From an uncultured Oscillospiraceae bacterium (GTDB taxonomy: Bacteria > Bacillota > Clostridia > Oscillospirales > Oscillospiraceae), in the NCBI GenBank assembly GCA_947629795.1, contig CANRFC010000006.1:36286-100285 (forward strand): 64,000 bases of DNA. Direction: 5' to 3'. How positions within the stretch are numbered: the first letter of the stretch is position 1; each line of letters starts with the position of its first letter. Positions 19,536 through 30,800 of the stretch are shown here, piece by piece. A program made the translations under genes and the position numbers. The notes under the pieces were generated by a model that saw nothing but the letters and a program-made list of their open reading frames with translations, was not told the DNA's origin and did not search any database.

Positions 19536-20207
19536 ATGACGGCCACGACCCAGCAGTCAGAAAAGCGCTCCGGCAGTGTGCTCTTCAACGTGATCGGGGT
19601 GCTCCTGTGCCTGATCTTCATCCCGGTCATCCTGGTGAACCTGGTGCTCATCGCCAAGACCTACACCGACCCCGACCACATCCCCAGCGTGGCCGGCTTC
19701 AGCCCGGTGATCTGTCTCTCCGGCTCCATGGAGCCCACCTTCTCGACAGGGGACATGATCCTCATCCGCCATGTGGCCGACCCCGCCGCCCTGGAAAAAG
19801 GCGACGTGATCTGCTACCTCACCGGGGAGGGCATCGCCGTGACCCACACCATCGTCCAGGTCACCGACCTGGACGGCCAGGTCCGCTACGTCACCCAGGG
19901 CGACGCCAACAACACCGCCGACCAGCTTGCGGTGAGCCCTGACCAGATCGAGGGGGTCTACACCGGGGTCCACATCCCCAAGCTGGGCTCCCTGGCCATG
20001 TTCATGCAGACCACCACCGGCATGCTCCTGTTCATCGTCTGTCCTCTCCTGCTTCTGGTGGGCTGGGACATCCTCCGCCGGAGGATGGACGCCAAGCGCG
20101 AGGCCCAGCACACCCGGGAACTGGAGGAGCGCCTGAAGGAGCTGGAATCCGCCGGCGGCACCGCCCCCGGGGAGGAGGCCAAGATCTCCCGGGAACCCCC
20201 GCAGTAA
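19536..20207 (+). CDS. sipW: Signal peptidase I, SipW/ER-type (S26B), copy 1
   Basis: LSGSMEP catalytic Ser, VTHTI His, TQGDANNTAD; N- and C-terminal TM helices. Confidence 0.9.
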   Translation: MTATTQQSEKRSGSVLFNVIGVLLCLIFIPVILVNLVLIAKTYTDPDHIPSVAGFSPVICLSGSMEPTFSTGDMILIRHVADPAALEKGDVICYLTGEGIAVTHTIVQVTDLDGQVRYVTQGDANNTADQLAVSPDQIEGVYTGVHIPKLGSLAMFMQTTTGMLLFIVCPLLLLVGWDILRRRMDAKREAQHTRELEERLKELESAGGTAPGEEAKISREPPQ

Positions 20208-20222
20208 GCGGCCTTGCCCCCG

Positions 20223-20291
20223 CCGTTCACGCAGAAAAAGCTACCGTTCACGCAAGCCACCCCGCAGGCTCCCCTTTCATGGGAGTATAAT
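20223..20291 (+). promoter_or_regulatory. Activator-type promoter: tandem direct repeat upstream of TATAAT
   Basis: CCGTTCACGCA at 20223-20233 and 20244-20254 (period 21); TATAAT 20286-20291; no recognisable -35. Confidence 0.55.
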
Positions 20292-20351
20292 GAAAATGAG
20301 AACAAGGACCTGTTTTTCCCAAAATGTCAACATAATAAAGGAGGAAATGAA

Positions 20352-21017
20352 ATGAAAAAGAGAGGGTACATCGGAAGACTGGCCGCCCTGGCCCTGGTGC
20401 TGTGCATGGTCACCATGAGCCTCACCGCCGGCACCCTGGCCAAGTACGCCAGCGATGCCAGCGGCAAGGCGAGCGCCGTCGTGGCAAGGTGGGACGTTGA
20501 TTTCAAAAATGGGACAGAGGATTACACTTCGAGCACCGTTATTACGCTGAAGCCGGACGCAGACAAATTCGTGGCTACCAAATTGGTGAAGGACGAAAGA
20601 ATTGCTCCGGAGACCACGGGTAGTTTGGAGTTGAGCGTAGATGGCACAAACACAGAAGTGGCCTTTGACTATGCCATCACGCTGGATTTGAGCACCATTG
20701 AGCAGACAATTGGGGATTCGGCGGCCAACGGACTTGACACAACTGCACCGCTGAAATTCTACAAGAATGTGGAGTGCACGCAAGAGGCTGATATGATTGA
20801 CGGCAAGCCTGGCGTGAAGGGCACGATTATGGCTGATGCCACTGGTGATGACAGAAAGGCTACCGCAACAATTTACTGGAAGTGGGATTCTTCTGGTATT
20901 AATATTGATTCCACAGCCGCGGGAGATGCCACTGATACAAAACTGGGCATTGAGGCCGACACATTCAAGATTCCTGTTACCATCAAGGCCGAGCAGAAAG
21001 TCGCTGCCAATCCCTAA
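20352..21017 (+). CDS. SipW-class signal peptide protein, probable major TasA-like pilin
   Basis: MKKR + hydrophobic stretch + AGTLAKY motif, then the beta-rich IAPETTG...YWKW core; strong RBS and its own promoter. Confidence 0.75.
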   Translation: MKKRGYIGRLAALALVLCMVTMSLTAGTLAKYASDASGKASAVVARWDVDFKNGTEDYTSSTVITLKPDADKFVATKLVKDERIAPETTGSLELSVDGTNTEVAFDYAITLDLSTIEQTIGDSAANGLDTTAPLKFYKNVECTQEADMIDGKPGVKGTIMADATGDDRKATATIYWKWDSSGINIDSTAAGDATDTKLGIEADTFKIPVTIKAEQKVAANP

Positions 21018-21026
21018 CCCTACCCC

Positions 21027-21077
21027 CGCCGGAGGCTTCGGCCTCCGGCGGAGGACGTTCAGGGAACGTCTTCCGCC
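21027..21077 (+). other. Two tandem stable stem-loops without a U-tract after the major pilin gene
   Basis: CGCCGGAGGC-TTCG-GCCTCCGGCG, then GGCGGAGGACGTTC-AGG-GAACGTCTTCCGCC. Confidence 0.7.
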
Positions 21078-21107
21078 GAGGGCCGAAACCACCTCACCCC
21101 GTGACCA

Positions 21108-22556
21108 ATGGAGGAACCTGACTTGAATACCGTCTCAGACCCCGCCGGGCGAGAGGGGGAGAAGAGCAGGCGCAGGTCGCTGACCCCTCTGCTGCTTCTC
21201 TTGCTGTTTCTGCTGCTCGCCACCTCCTGTATCGTGGGCTTCCTCCTGGGCCGGACCACCGAGCCCGGGCGCTTCGGCGCGCTCATCGACACCATTGTCC
21301 TCTCCCCGGAGCAGGCCGACCCCACCCCTGTCCCCACCCCCGCGGAGACCCCCGGGGCCGCGGAGACCCCCGCCGTGGGCTCACCCGCCGCCCAGGCCAC
21401 CCCGGCCGGAGAGCTCTCCCAGCTCATCTGTCTGCTGGGCCTGGTCCGCTATACCGACGGCGCCCCCTTCACCCAGGGCAGCGTGGAGCTGCGCAGTCAG
21501 CCCCGGTACTCCTCCCTGGACGAAGAGGGCCGCTTCCGCTTTGACGACGTGGAGCCGGGGGACCATCAGATCACCGTCCTGGACCTGGCGGGAAACCCTT
21601 TGGCCACCCGGACCATCCGGGTGGAGCGGGACGCCCTGGAACAGGCCTATATGGAATATGAGGCCGCGGTGTGCGTCATGCACATCCGGCTCCTCACCGT
21701 GGAGGTCAACGTGGAGCTCACCCTGGATGAGGACCCGGGCGCCCCCCTGGAGGTGGTCCTGGTGTCCACCCGGGAGGAGGGCGGGGAGACCCAGCCCGCG
21801 GGCCGGCCCTCCCCGGCGCCCACCGCCCTCCCTTCCGAAGAGCCCACCCCCCAGGCCAGCCCCGATATCTCTCCGGCGGTCACCCCCGCCGTCAGTCCCT
21901 CGGCGGCGCCCACTCCACTTCCCGACAATACCCCCGGCGTGACGCCCACGGCAACGCCCGCCGTCACCCCCAGTCCCACCCCAAGCCACAGCGGGGGAAA
22001 TGACGGCCCCGCCCCTCAGCCCACGCCTGCTCCGACTCCCACGCCTCCTGTGGAGGAGGCCCTGGTCTACCACGGCAACAGCGATGTGACCTGGACCCAG
22101 CAGGCCCGGATCGACCTCTTCCGGACCCTTGCCGGCGGCCAGGCGAAGATCGCCCCCGGTTCCAGGGGCTACTACCTCTTCCGCCTGAAAAACGGCCAGC
22201 AGGAGGACGTCGCCTTCACCCTGGCCCTCCGGGAGGGGAGCTTCCACGTCCCCCTGGAGTACCGCATCACCACCGACGACCCCATCCCCAAGGCCCTCAC
22301 CGCCTGGCAGACCGCCTCCACCGGTGCCGAGACCGTCAGCAGCCCGGTGCCCCTGAAGGCGGAGGGAGAGGGGTTCTATCAGATCCAGTGGCGCTGGCTC
22401 CCCGACAGGAATGACGCCGTGGATACCGCCCTGGGCGAGCAGGCCGGGGTGTATATTCTGGACCTCACCATCCGGGTGGAGGGCGGCGCAGGAGGGCCAT
22501 CTTGCGGGTCTTCCGCGCCGCCGTTCTTATCCTGCTCTCGGCGGTGGTGCTCATAA
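21108..22556 (+). CDS. Membrane-anchored protein: TM helix, Ig/prealbumin-like domain, Pro/Thr stalk, C-terminal pilin-like domain
   Basis: RRRS + LLLLLLFLLL TM; LDEEGRFRFDDVEPGDHQITV; PT/PA repeats; C-terminal IAPGSRG...YQIQWRW...DTALG resembles the 20352 protein. Confidence 0.7.
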   Translation: MEEPDLNTVSDPAGREGEKSRRRSLTPLLLLLLFLLLATSCIVGFLLGRTTEPGRFGALIDTIVLSPEQADPTPVPTPAETPGAAETPAVGSPAAQATPAGELSQLICLLGLVRYTDGAPFTQGSVELRSQPRYSSLDEEGRFRFDDVEPGDHQITVLDLAGNPLATRTIRVERDALEQAYMEYEAAVCVMHIRLLTVEVNVELTLDEDPGAPLEVVLVSTREEGGETQPAGRPSPAPTALPSEEPTPQASPDISPAVTPAVSPSAAPTPLPDNTPGVTPTATPAVTPSPTPSHSGGNDGPAPQPTPAPTPTPPVEEALVYHGNSDVTWTQQARIDLFRTLAGGQAKIAPGSRGYYLFRLKNGQQEDVAFTLALREGSFHVPLEYRITTDDPIPKALTAWQTASTGAETVSSPVPLKAEGEGFYQIQWRWLPDRNDAVDTALGEQAGVYILDLTIRVEGGAGGPSCGSSAPPFLSCSRRWCS

Positions 22557-23005
22557 ACGGGGCCCTGCTCGTCTCCCGCTTCGTGCTGAAGCAGGAGCCG
22601 CCCCATGTGTTTGGATGCTACCCCATGCTGGTCGCCACCGGGAGCATGGAGCCCAACCTTCCCGCCGGGTCCCTGGTCATCGCCCGGGCCCGGGAGGACT
22701 ATCAGGTGGGGGACGTGATCTCCTTCCGCCAGGGCGGGGCGGTGGTGACCCATCGCATCATCGGAGTGGACCCGGAGGGCTGCCGCACCGCCGGGGACGC
22801 CAATACCGCCCCGGACAGCGCCCCGGTGCCCTGGGACGCGGTGCTGGGCAAGGTGGTGCTCTGCCTGCCCTGGGCGGGCCGTCTGGCCCTGGCCCTGCGG
22901 GGCCCCATCGGAATTCTGGCTTTGGCGGCGGGAGGAGGACTTCTCCTCTTCCTGCCCGAGAGACGGGGGAAGGAGCGCTATGAGGACAAGGAGAAAAAAG
23001 CATAG
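22502..23005 (+). CDS. sipW: Signal peptidase I, SipW-type, copy 2
   Basis: TTG start after GGAGG; ATGSMEP, VTHRI, TAGDAN motifs. Confidence 0.85.
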   Translation: MRVFRAAVLILLSAVVLINGALLVSRFVLKQEPPHVFGCYPMLVATGSMEPNLPAGSLVIARAREDYQVGDVISFRQGGAVVTHRIIGVDPEGCRTAGDANTAPDSAPVPWDAVLGKVVLCLPWAGRLALALRGPIGILALAAGGGLLLFLPERRGKERYEDKEKKA

Positions 23006-23588
23006 CCGGCTCTGGGCCTACCTGCTCTACCTGGGCCTGGTGACCTCCCTTATCCTGTCGGTGACCCTGGCCCGGTACGCCTCCACCGCCGGGGGTACCG
23101 GCACCGCCACCGTGGCCGCCCTGGCCGGCGGGGTGGAGGACGCTGCGGAGGCCGCCCCCATCGAGCTGTCCCTGGGAGACCTCTCTCCCGGCGACACCAG
23201 AGTGCTGAAATTCAAGGTGGTCAACTATTCCGGCGATAAGCGCAGCGAGGTGGCCCTGGACTACACCCTCACCCTGGAATCCACCAACAATCTGCCCCTC
23301 ACCTTCACCCTGGCCGCTCAGGCCGAAAATCAGGCCGACCTGGTGACCCTCCCCGCCGACGGGGCCGTCCTGGGGCCGGATACCCTCCAGACCGAAGGGG
23401 AGAAGATGGGGACCAGAATGGAGACCCTCTCCGGCGGCGCCTTCGACCTCACCGGGGAAGATCAGGAGCATACCTATACCCTCACGGTGACCTGGCCGGC
23501 GGGGGAGTATGATGGAAATTATTCCCAGGAAATCGACCTGGTGACCGTAAAAGTCAAGGCGATACAGAGACTCCAGACCGGGGGGTAG
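22980..23588 (+). CDS. SipW-class signal peptide protein, probable minor pilin
   Basis: Basic N-terminus, hydrophobic core, SVTLARY motif; LSPGDTR...YTLTVTWP core. Confidence 0.7.
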   Translation: MRTRRKKHSRLWAYLLYLGLVTSLILSVTLARYASTAGGTGTATVAALAGGVEDAAEAAPIELSLGDLSPGDTRVLKFKVVNYSGDKRSEVALDYTLTLESTNNLPLTFTLAAQAENQADLVTLPADGAVLGPDTLQTEGEKMGTRMETLSGGAFDLTGEDQEHTYTLTVTWPAGEYDGNYSQEIDLVTVKVKAIQRLQTGG

Positions 23589-23645
23589 AGACCCAAAACC
23601 GGGGGGTCAGAGAGCCGCATGAGCCTACGAAAAGGGGGGAACGGG

Positions 23646-24650
23646 ATGGCAAAATACCGGGGAAAACGGCTCTCCGCCGTTCCTGACCCGCCCCCGGAGG
23701 GCCGGGTGCCCAGCCGTCTGGACCCCTCCTTGGCCGTTCCGGAGGAAGCCCGCAAACCCAGGCGCCCCAAGCGTTTGGCCCCTCCCAGATTCCCCCTGGT
23801 GGTCCGCCTTCTCTTCCTGGCCGCCCTCCTGACCACCGCCGGGAGCCTGGGCCTCACCACCGCCCGCTACCTGAAGGACTGGTCCCAGGACTCCCTGGCC
23901 ACCGCCGGGAGTTTTTACTTCGCCAGCGCCGAGCTCAATGGCGGCACCCACCGCCTGACCGGCGACAAGACGGTGGATCTCTCCTTCACACTGCGGAATT
24001 ATCTGGTGGCCGGGTATCCCACGAAAAGCGCCATTTCCTACACCTGCCAGGTCACCGATAGCAAGGGAAAGCTGGTGTCCAACGTCAAATGGCTGAACAG
24101 CGACAACGCCGAGATCGGCACCGCCGCCACCGGGGACGGGGTCTCCGACAGCGCGGCCGGCGGGGTGTTTACCGGGAGCTTTGCCGCCAATGACGGCGGG
24201 GAAGCGGGAGGACAGACAAGGACACTGATCTGCCGTATTCCCAAAAACGCCTTCGGGGCCAAGGGGGACCAGGTCCTCACCCTCACGGCCCGGGCCACTT
24301 CGCCCTATTCCGCGACCCTGGAGGTCCGGCTTGCCCTGACCACCGGGGGCGTGCAGATGGTGGTCACCGACCCCGGCGCCAAGAACGGCGCGGTGAGCGT
24401 GGCCCTCTACAACACCGACGAGGAGGCCCACACGGTGGATCTGAAGTGGCCGGCGGGGAGCGAGATCACCCTGGTCTCCGACCCCACCTGGGATGTGGTC
24501 CCCACAGGCAGCGGGGACAAGACCACCGGGCGGGGGACGGTGACAGTTCCCGGAAAGGGCGCGGTCTCCATGGTATTCCTGAAAAAGGACACCACCCAGA
24601 ACTTTACCGAGGAGAATTTCCCCTTCACGGTGACCGACGCCGCCAACTGA
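23646..24650 (+). CDS. SipW-class signal peptide protein, probable minor pilin/adaptor
   Basis: Long basic Pro-rich n-region, hydrophobic core, GLTTARY motif, two beta-rich domains. Confidence 0.6.
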   Translation: MAKYRGKRLSAVPDPPPEGRVPSRLDPSLAVPEEARKPRRPKRLAPPRFPLVVRLLFLAALLTTAGSLGLTTARYLKDWSQDSLATAGSFYFASAELNGGTHRLTGDKTVDLSFTLRNYLVAGYPTKSAISYTCQVTDSKGKLVSNVKWLNSDNAEIGTAATGDGVSDSAAGGVFTGSFAANDGGEAGGQTRTLICRIPKNAFGAKGDQVLTLTARATSPYSATLEVRLALTTGGVQMVVTDPGAKNGAVSVALYNTDEEAHTVDLKWPAGSEITLVSDPTWDVVPTGSGDKTTGRGTVTVPGKGAVSMVFLKKDTTQNFTEENFPFTVTDAAN

Positions 24651-24867
24651 TCCCAGGGCCCGGAAGAGGGAAAGGCCGCAGGGGCCCGGCGGAGTGACAA
24701 GATCGAGGCAAGGGGCCTTACTTGACAGGACTTGGAAGCGGGAAAGAGCGTGCAGGGCCGGTGGAGTGATAGCGAGCAAGGAATTTCACTTGCCAGGCTC
24801 CGGGAGCGGGAAAGACAACGGGGCCCGGGGAAGAGCCCGAAGACCACGGAGAAAGGAGGGCTGGAGG

Positions 24868-27800
24868 ATGCAGAGATATACGCCGCTTCATCGGGTGACG
24901 TCGGTCCTGGTGGCCGCCGCCCTGCTCTCCAGCCTCCTGACGCTCTCCCTCACCCGGGCCCGGGCCGACAAGGCGCCGGAGCGTATCGACGTGGGGCCGG
25001 AGCTCACCGCCGTGCTCACCGCCGACGGGGTGCTGACCCTGGAGGGCACGGGGCGGAGCGACGACTTTACCCCGGAGACCGCCCCTCTGACGGCCTACGC
25101 GGATCAGATCAAGGCGGTGGTGATCCCCGAGGGGGTCACCGGGCTGGGGGACTGCCTGTTTTACGGTTGCTACGGTCTGACAGGGACCCTGGAGCTGCCG
25201 GGGACCCTGGTGGAGCTGGGGGACCGGGTGTTTTCCGGCCCTGACAGGGAGCACGCCCCCCGGTTCACCTACATTTTCAACGATTTTACCTCCTGTGAGG
25301 AGGTCCTTGCTCCGGAGAGCGTGGTGCCTACCGAGAGCGTGGTGCCTACCGAGAGCGTGGTGCCTGCTGAAAGTGTCATGCCCTCAGAGAGCGTTGTGCC
25401 CTCCGAAAGCGTCATGCCTTCGGAGAGTGCTGCACCTGCCGAAAGCGTTGTGCCCACTGAGAGCGTCAGCCCCTCGGAGAGTGCGGCGCCTGCGGAGACT
25501 CCCGAACCAACGGAAAGCGTCCTGCCTGGGGAGAGCGTGAAGCCCTCCGAGAGTGTGAAGCCCGGCGAGAGCGTCACACCCACGGAGAGCGCCATGCCCT
25601 CTGAAAGTGCTGCGCCCGCAGAGACGCCCAAGCCCGTGGAGACCCCCGTGCCGGAGGAGACGGACAGGGCGGAGGTGAGCGCCCCGCCTGCGGCCTCTGA
25701 GAAGCCCGCGGAGAGCGCTTTGCCGGCGGAGGAGCCCACCCCTGCCCAGGCGGAGAGCGCCGCTCCCGGGGCCGCGGAGGGGCTCACAGAGGACTCCCGG
25801 GGGGATGAGGTGACCATCGACGACCCGGAGCCGGCCCTGGCCCCCGAGCCCGGGGAGGAGGTCTCCGACGGGAGCTCCACCGAAGGAGTTGAGACCGCAG
25901 CAGGGGCTTCTGAGACCTCTGGGGAGGGGGAAAAGGCTCCCACGGAGGTGACGGCGCAGGACGAGACCCAGGGGGCCGGCGAAGAGCCGGGCCTGGATGA
26001 GAGCCAAAGCGCCGATGAAGAGCCGGGTCTGGACGAGACCCAGGGCACCGGCGAAGAGCCGGGCTTGGACGAGACCCAGGGCACTGGCGAAGAACCGGGC
26101 CTGGATGAACCCCAGGGGGCCGTGGAGACCCCCGCTTCCGGCGTGTCCGGGAGCGCCGGGGAGGAATACCGGGTGGAGACCCGGGACGCCCAGAGCGTGG
26201 GGGAGGAGATCTTCTATCCCGCCGCCCAGGGGGAGCGGACGGGGCTGTTTCTGTGCACCCTGGAGAACCTGAGCTTCCTCCAGGCCGCGGTGGAGGGGGG
26301 CTACGGCCTGGCCGACGGGGAGTTTTCCCTGTACCTCATCCCCGGGGAGGGCGAGGGGGAGCTGCTGACCATCCGGGCCCTGGCCCTGGATGGGCAGGCC
26401 ATTGCACCGGCGTGCCCGGAGAGCTTTGGGCCCCCCGCGGAGGACCGCACGTTCCTGGGCTGGCTGACCATGGAGGGGGAGGAGGTCTGTGCCCCCGGCG
26501 AGAGCTTCCCCGTGGACCTGGAGACGGGGGAGGGGGCGCTGTGCGCCTATTGGGGGACGGCCACGCTGGAGATCGCGGCGGAGGGGGACTATCCCTACGC
26601 CCCCTGGCCCGAGGGGCTGACGGCGCCGCTGACGCTGGAGGGGGAGCCCACGGGCCTGCCCAATGGGTATGACACTGCCATCGTTTTTGACGGCTGGGCC
26701 GTGCTGGACGCGGCGGGCAACAAGACGGGAACGGTCGTTGACCCCGGCGACCGAATTGATCCCGGCACCAGGCTGGAGGCCCAGTGGGCCTGGGCGGTGG
26801 TGGGATATATGAGCAAGATGAACACCACATATTTGTCTGTGGCGATGGAGAATTTATCTAAGAATTCCGAGACTTCCACGGACAAATACCGCAATATTAT
26901 CGTGGTGGACCGAAGCAACACCCAACTGTATAAAAATGGATGGTTGCTTAGTCCAGCAAACGACCAGTTGCCGTCCCTTGCCTGTACAGTTACGGGATTT
27001 GACCCGGTAGAGAAAAAGCAATACGATTACTTACTCAGCACGGATTCCTATGTTTTAAGCGATGAATATAAGTTTGCACGGTTAAGCAATTCGATGATTT
27101 TTCACGATATTTCTTTGAGCGCAAATCATGGCGATGCATTTAAGGATTTTGGCGTAGGTTACTATGATGGCCTTTATGCCTGCTCCAACAAGCTTGTTAT
27201 GGGTTTTGGCGTCAATGTGACCGGGACCCTCAACCTGTTTGGCGGCGCGGGTGGCGGTGTAGGAGCTGAAACTCTAACAAAATCAGCTCAAATGAATATT
27301 TTCAGCGGCACCTATCAGCGGCTTTACGGCGGCAGCTTCCGGGTGGCCATGACCGGCTGTGACCGCACCTTGAATTTTCTGGGCGGAGAGACTAACTACC
27401 TCTTCGGCGGCGGATATCAGAAGGGAAGGACCACTTCTGGTACCAGCAACGTCTATATAGCTGGCGGTACGGTGAAAAACGATGTGTTCGCCTCCTCCGA
27501 CCAGGGTACGGTCAACGGCAGTGCCAGCCTGGTCATCGCCGGGAGCACCGCGACCGTAACGGGCAACGTCTACGGTGGGGGAAATTCGGCCACCATGACC
27601 GGGGATACCTCCATCACCATGGCGGGAGGCATCGTGGACGGCAGCGTCTACGGCGGCGGGGACCTGGCCATCATGACCGGGAACACCTCCATCACCGTGG
27701 AGGGGGGCACCGTGAACGGCAGCGTCTTCGGCGGCAGCAACCAGGCCGCCCTGACGGGAAATACCACCATCGAGGTCAAGGGCGGTGAGGTCCTGGGCTC

Positions 27801-30800
27801 GGTGTTCGGCGGCGGAGACCAGTCCGGCGCTGTGGTCACCGGGGATACCACGGTCACGGTCTCGGGCGGCGTTGTGGGCACCAATGTCTACGGCGGCGGC
27901 GACCTGGCGCCGGTGGAAGCCAATGGCAGTACGGGCGGCTCCGCCACGGTGAACCTCTCCGCCGGGACGGTGAAGGGCAACATTTACGGCGCCGGGCGGG
28001 GCGGAGACAAGGTGGAGGATGTGGCCCCCGTGGCCCGGAAGACCACCGTCAACATCACCGGCGGCACGGTGGGCACCGCAGTGGGCGACGAGACGGCCTA
28101 TGGGGACGTCTTCGGCGGCGGCGAAAAGGGTAACGTGGGTGAGACCGGCGGGACAGAAGCGGTCTCCACCCAGGTAAATCTCTCCAACGGCGTGGTCCTG
28201 GGCAGCGTCTACGGCGGCAGCGACCGGGGCCAGGTGGGCAAGGGCACTGTCAACGTGGAGGCCGCCACTGTGGCCGAACAGATGACAGTGAGCCTGAGGG
28301 GCTCCACCACAGTGAATATCTCCGGCGTGAGCGACGTGGGCGGCAGCGTCTTCGGCGGCGGAAAGGGCCTGGACGAGGGCGCCACCGGCGGCGGCCTGGG
28401 CGCGGTGTTCGGCGACGCCACGGTGAATATCACCGGCGGCACCGTGCGGCGGCACGTCTTCGGCGGCGGGAGTATGTCCCGGACGGCGGGGAGCACTGCG
28501 GTGGATGTGAATTCCAGCACCGGGGCGGTCACTGTCGAGGAGACCATCTACGCCGGCGGCAACGGCGCGGGCACCACGTTCGACGAGGGAAAGTTCCTGG
28601 TCTACGGGGATTCCACCGTCTATGTGGAAAAGACGGACCATGAACTGACCCTGAAGGGCAGCATCTTCGGCTCGGGCAACCTGACGAGAGTGCTGGGAAG
28701 GCGGAGCCTGACCATCAAGGGGCCGGAGGGGGAGAAGTGGGCCACCTCGGTGGACTCCCTCCAGCGGGCCCACACGGTGACCATCCAGAACTGCGACCTC
28801 ACCCTCAACGGGGCGGGAGACAAGGTGGACGGCACCAACCAGCATTACTCCATGGCCCAGGTGAAGGACGCCCTGACCTCCGAGACCTCCGGCGGCACCA
28901 TTCCGGCGGATGTGGGGGTCAGGCTCATCCACGCCAACCTCACCGCCATGACGGGGCTCAACGAGGTGGCAGCCTTCCGGAGCTATCAGGCCGACGGAGT
29001 CACCCCCGCGACGAAGGAGGATGGGAACGTGCTCACCATCCAGGCAGGGAAGCTGCTGGCCTTCGGCGTCACCAACGCCGACGGGACCTTCTTCTACGGC
29101 CCGGTGGAGGGGGTCACCACCCTGAGGTGGCAGGGAAAGGAAGGGGACATGAAAAACGGCGTGTTCGTCCACGCCGATACCGAAAGCAAGATCGGCGATC
29201 CCAGCGTTAAGGATGAAACCACCGGCGCGCAGGTGGATACCGGCGCCTTTGTGGCGGCGGAGGACCAGAAGATGCCCGAGGGCTATTCCCTCCGCTCCGG
29301 CCCGCCTGCGGGCGTGGCCTGCAGCTACCACTACTGGCAGTTGGGCGGCAACGCGGTCACCCACACCCAGACCCTGAAGCTGAAGGACACTACGCCGGAT
29401 GCTGACGGCTATTACGAGGATACGCTGACCATCCGGCTGCACATAGAGGTGCCGGCGGGCACGGAGTTCGTGGCGATGGACCCCAACGTGGTGGAGTTTT
29501 CGCCCATCCTGACGGAGAACGGGGAGAACGTCTTCTCCCTCAACGTGCTCCAGGGGGAGACGGGGGACGCCGCCGCGGTCCAGTGGAAGGATACTTACCA
29601 CAGCCTGAAGATCGTGAATACGGTCACAGGTGATGTGACCAGCTCGGACCAGGCAAATTTCGTGTACAGCGCCCACCCGGACGGTTCGGTCCACAACCCG
29701 GTGACCACCAGCGCGGGCGTGGCTCAGTTTACAGTCTCCCTGAAATACAAGGACCTGGAGATCTCGGGGGGCAAGGTCAGCTTTACTCTGGTGGCCCATC
29801 CGGAAGGAGCGGACAAGGCCGACGACAGCCTGGGCCGGTTCACCGTGGTGGTGGACGTCATCGGCCAGGGCAAGGGCCGCTCCACCGGCCGGGCTATGGC
29901 CGGGCGGCAGTATGACCGGTTCTACGCCGCCGACACCCCCACGCCCACCATTGCCGGCGACGACGTGGTCAGCGTCCAGGTGGTGCTGAACTATACCCCC
30001 CAGCTGGTACAGGGAGAGACGGACGAGGCCAAGTACCCCGTCATCTCAGTCTACGACAAGTCCACGGGAGCGCCGGTGAGCGGCAGCGTCCGGGTCCTGA
30101 TGGCCGATCTGGCGTCTCCCTCGGCCCCCAAGTGGTACACGGGGACCATGGAACAGGGGAAGCTGATCGCCATGCATCTGACCAACGTCCGGCACGGAAA
30201 CCTCTGGGTGCCCCCCACGGCGGGCCAGGAGGTGGTGGACAAGTCCCTCATCTTCCTGCTGGATTTCCAGGAGGGAGCGCTGGCCAACGGCGAGTATTAC
30301 TTCTATCTGGAGTTCCCGCTGAAGAGCTGCGAGCCTTGCAGAGTGCCCTTTGAGGTGAGGGACTCGGGAGTGGGAACGCTGAGCTGGTCGGGGTCCTCCG
30401 ATGCCGGGAAGGCCACCCTCACCGTCGGCTCCCCCGCCGACAACGCGGACTATGCCGACGGAGCCCTGGTGCGGCTCACCGGCCTGACCGGGGAGGAGGC
30501 GGGGAGAGTCACGGCTGCCGACGCCAGTGGCAGGCCTCTGGAGCTCATGGCCGGGAAGGGAGCCATCTTCCTCCGGCTGCCCGGCCTGGCCCAGGGAGGA
30601 ACGGCAAAGGTGACATGGAGCTTCCCGGGTCTGCAGAGGGAGACTGTCGTCACCGCCGAGCTCTACCCTCTGCCCGTGTTCCAGACCGGCGGCGGGGAAT
30701 CTTCCGCCGCCACAGCGCCGTTGACGCTGAGCAGCACCGGCGGGGGAGAGACGGTGATCTCCGACCGGGCCTTCGTGGTGGAGCTCACAAGTGATAACCG

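Noticed and set aside
25315-26121. Regular repeats that could be mistaken for a CRISPR array
   Set aside because: In-frame tandem coding repeats with no unique spacers and no cas genes in the window.
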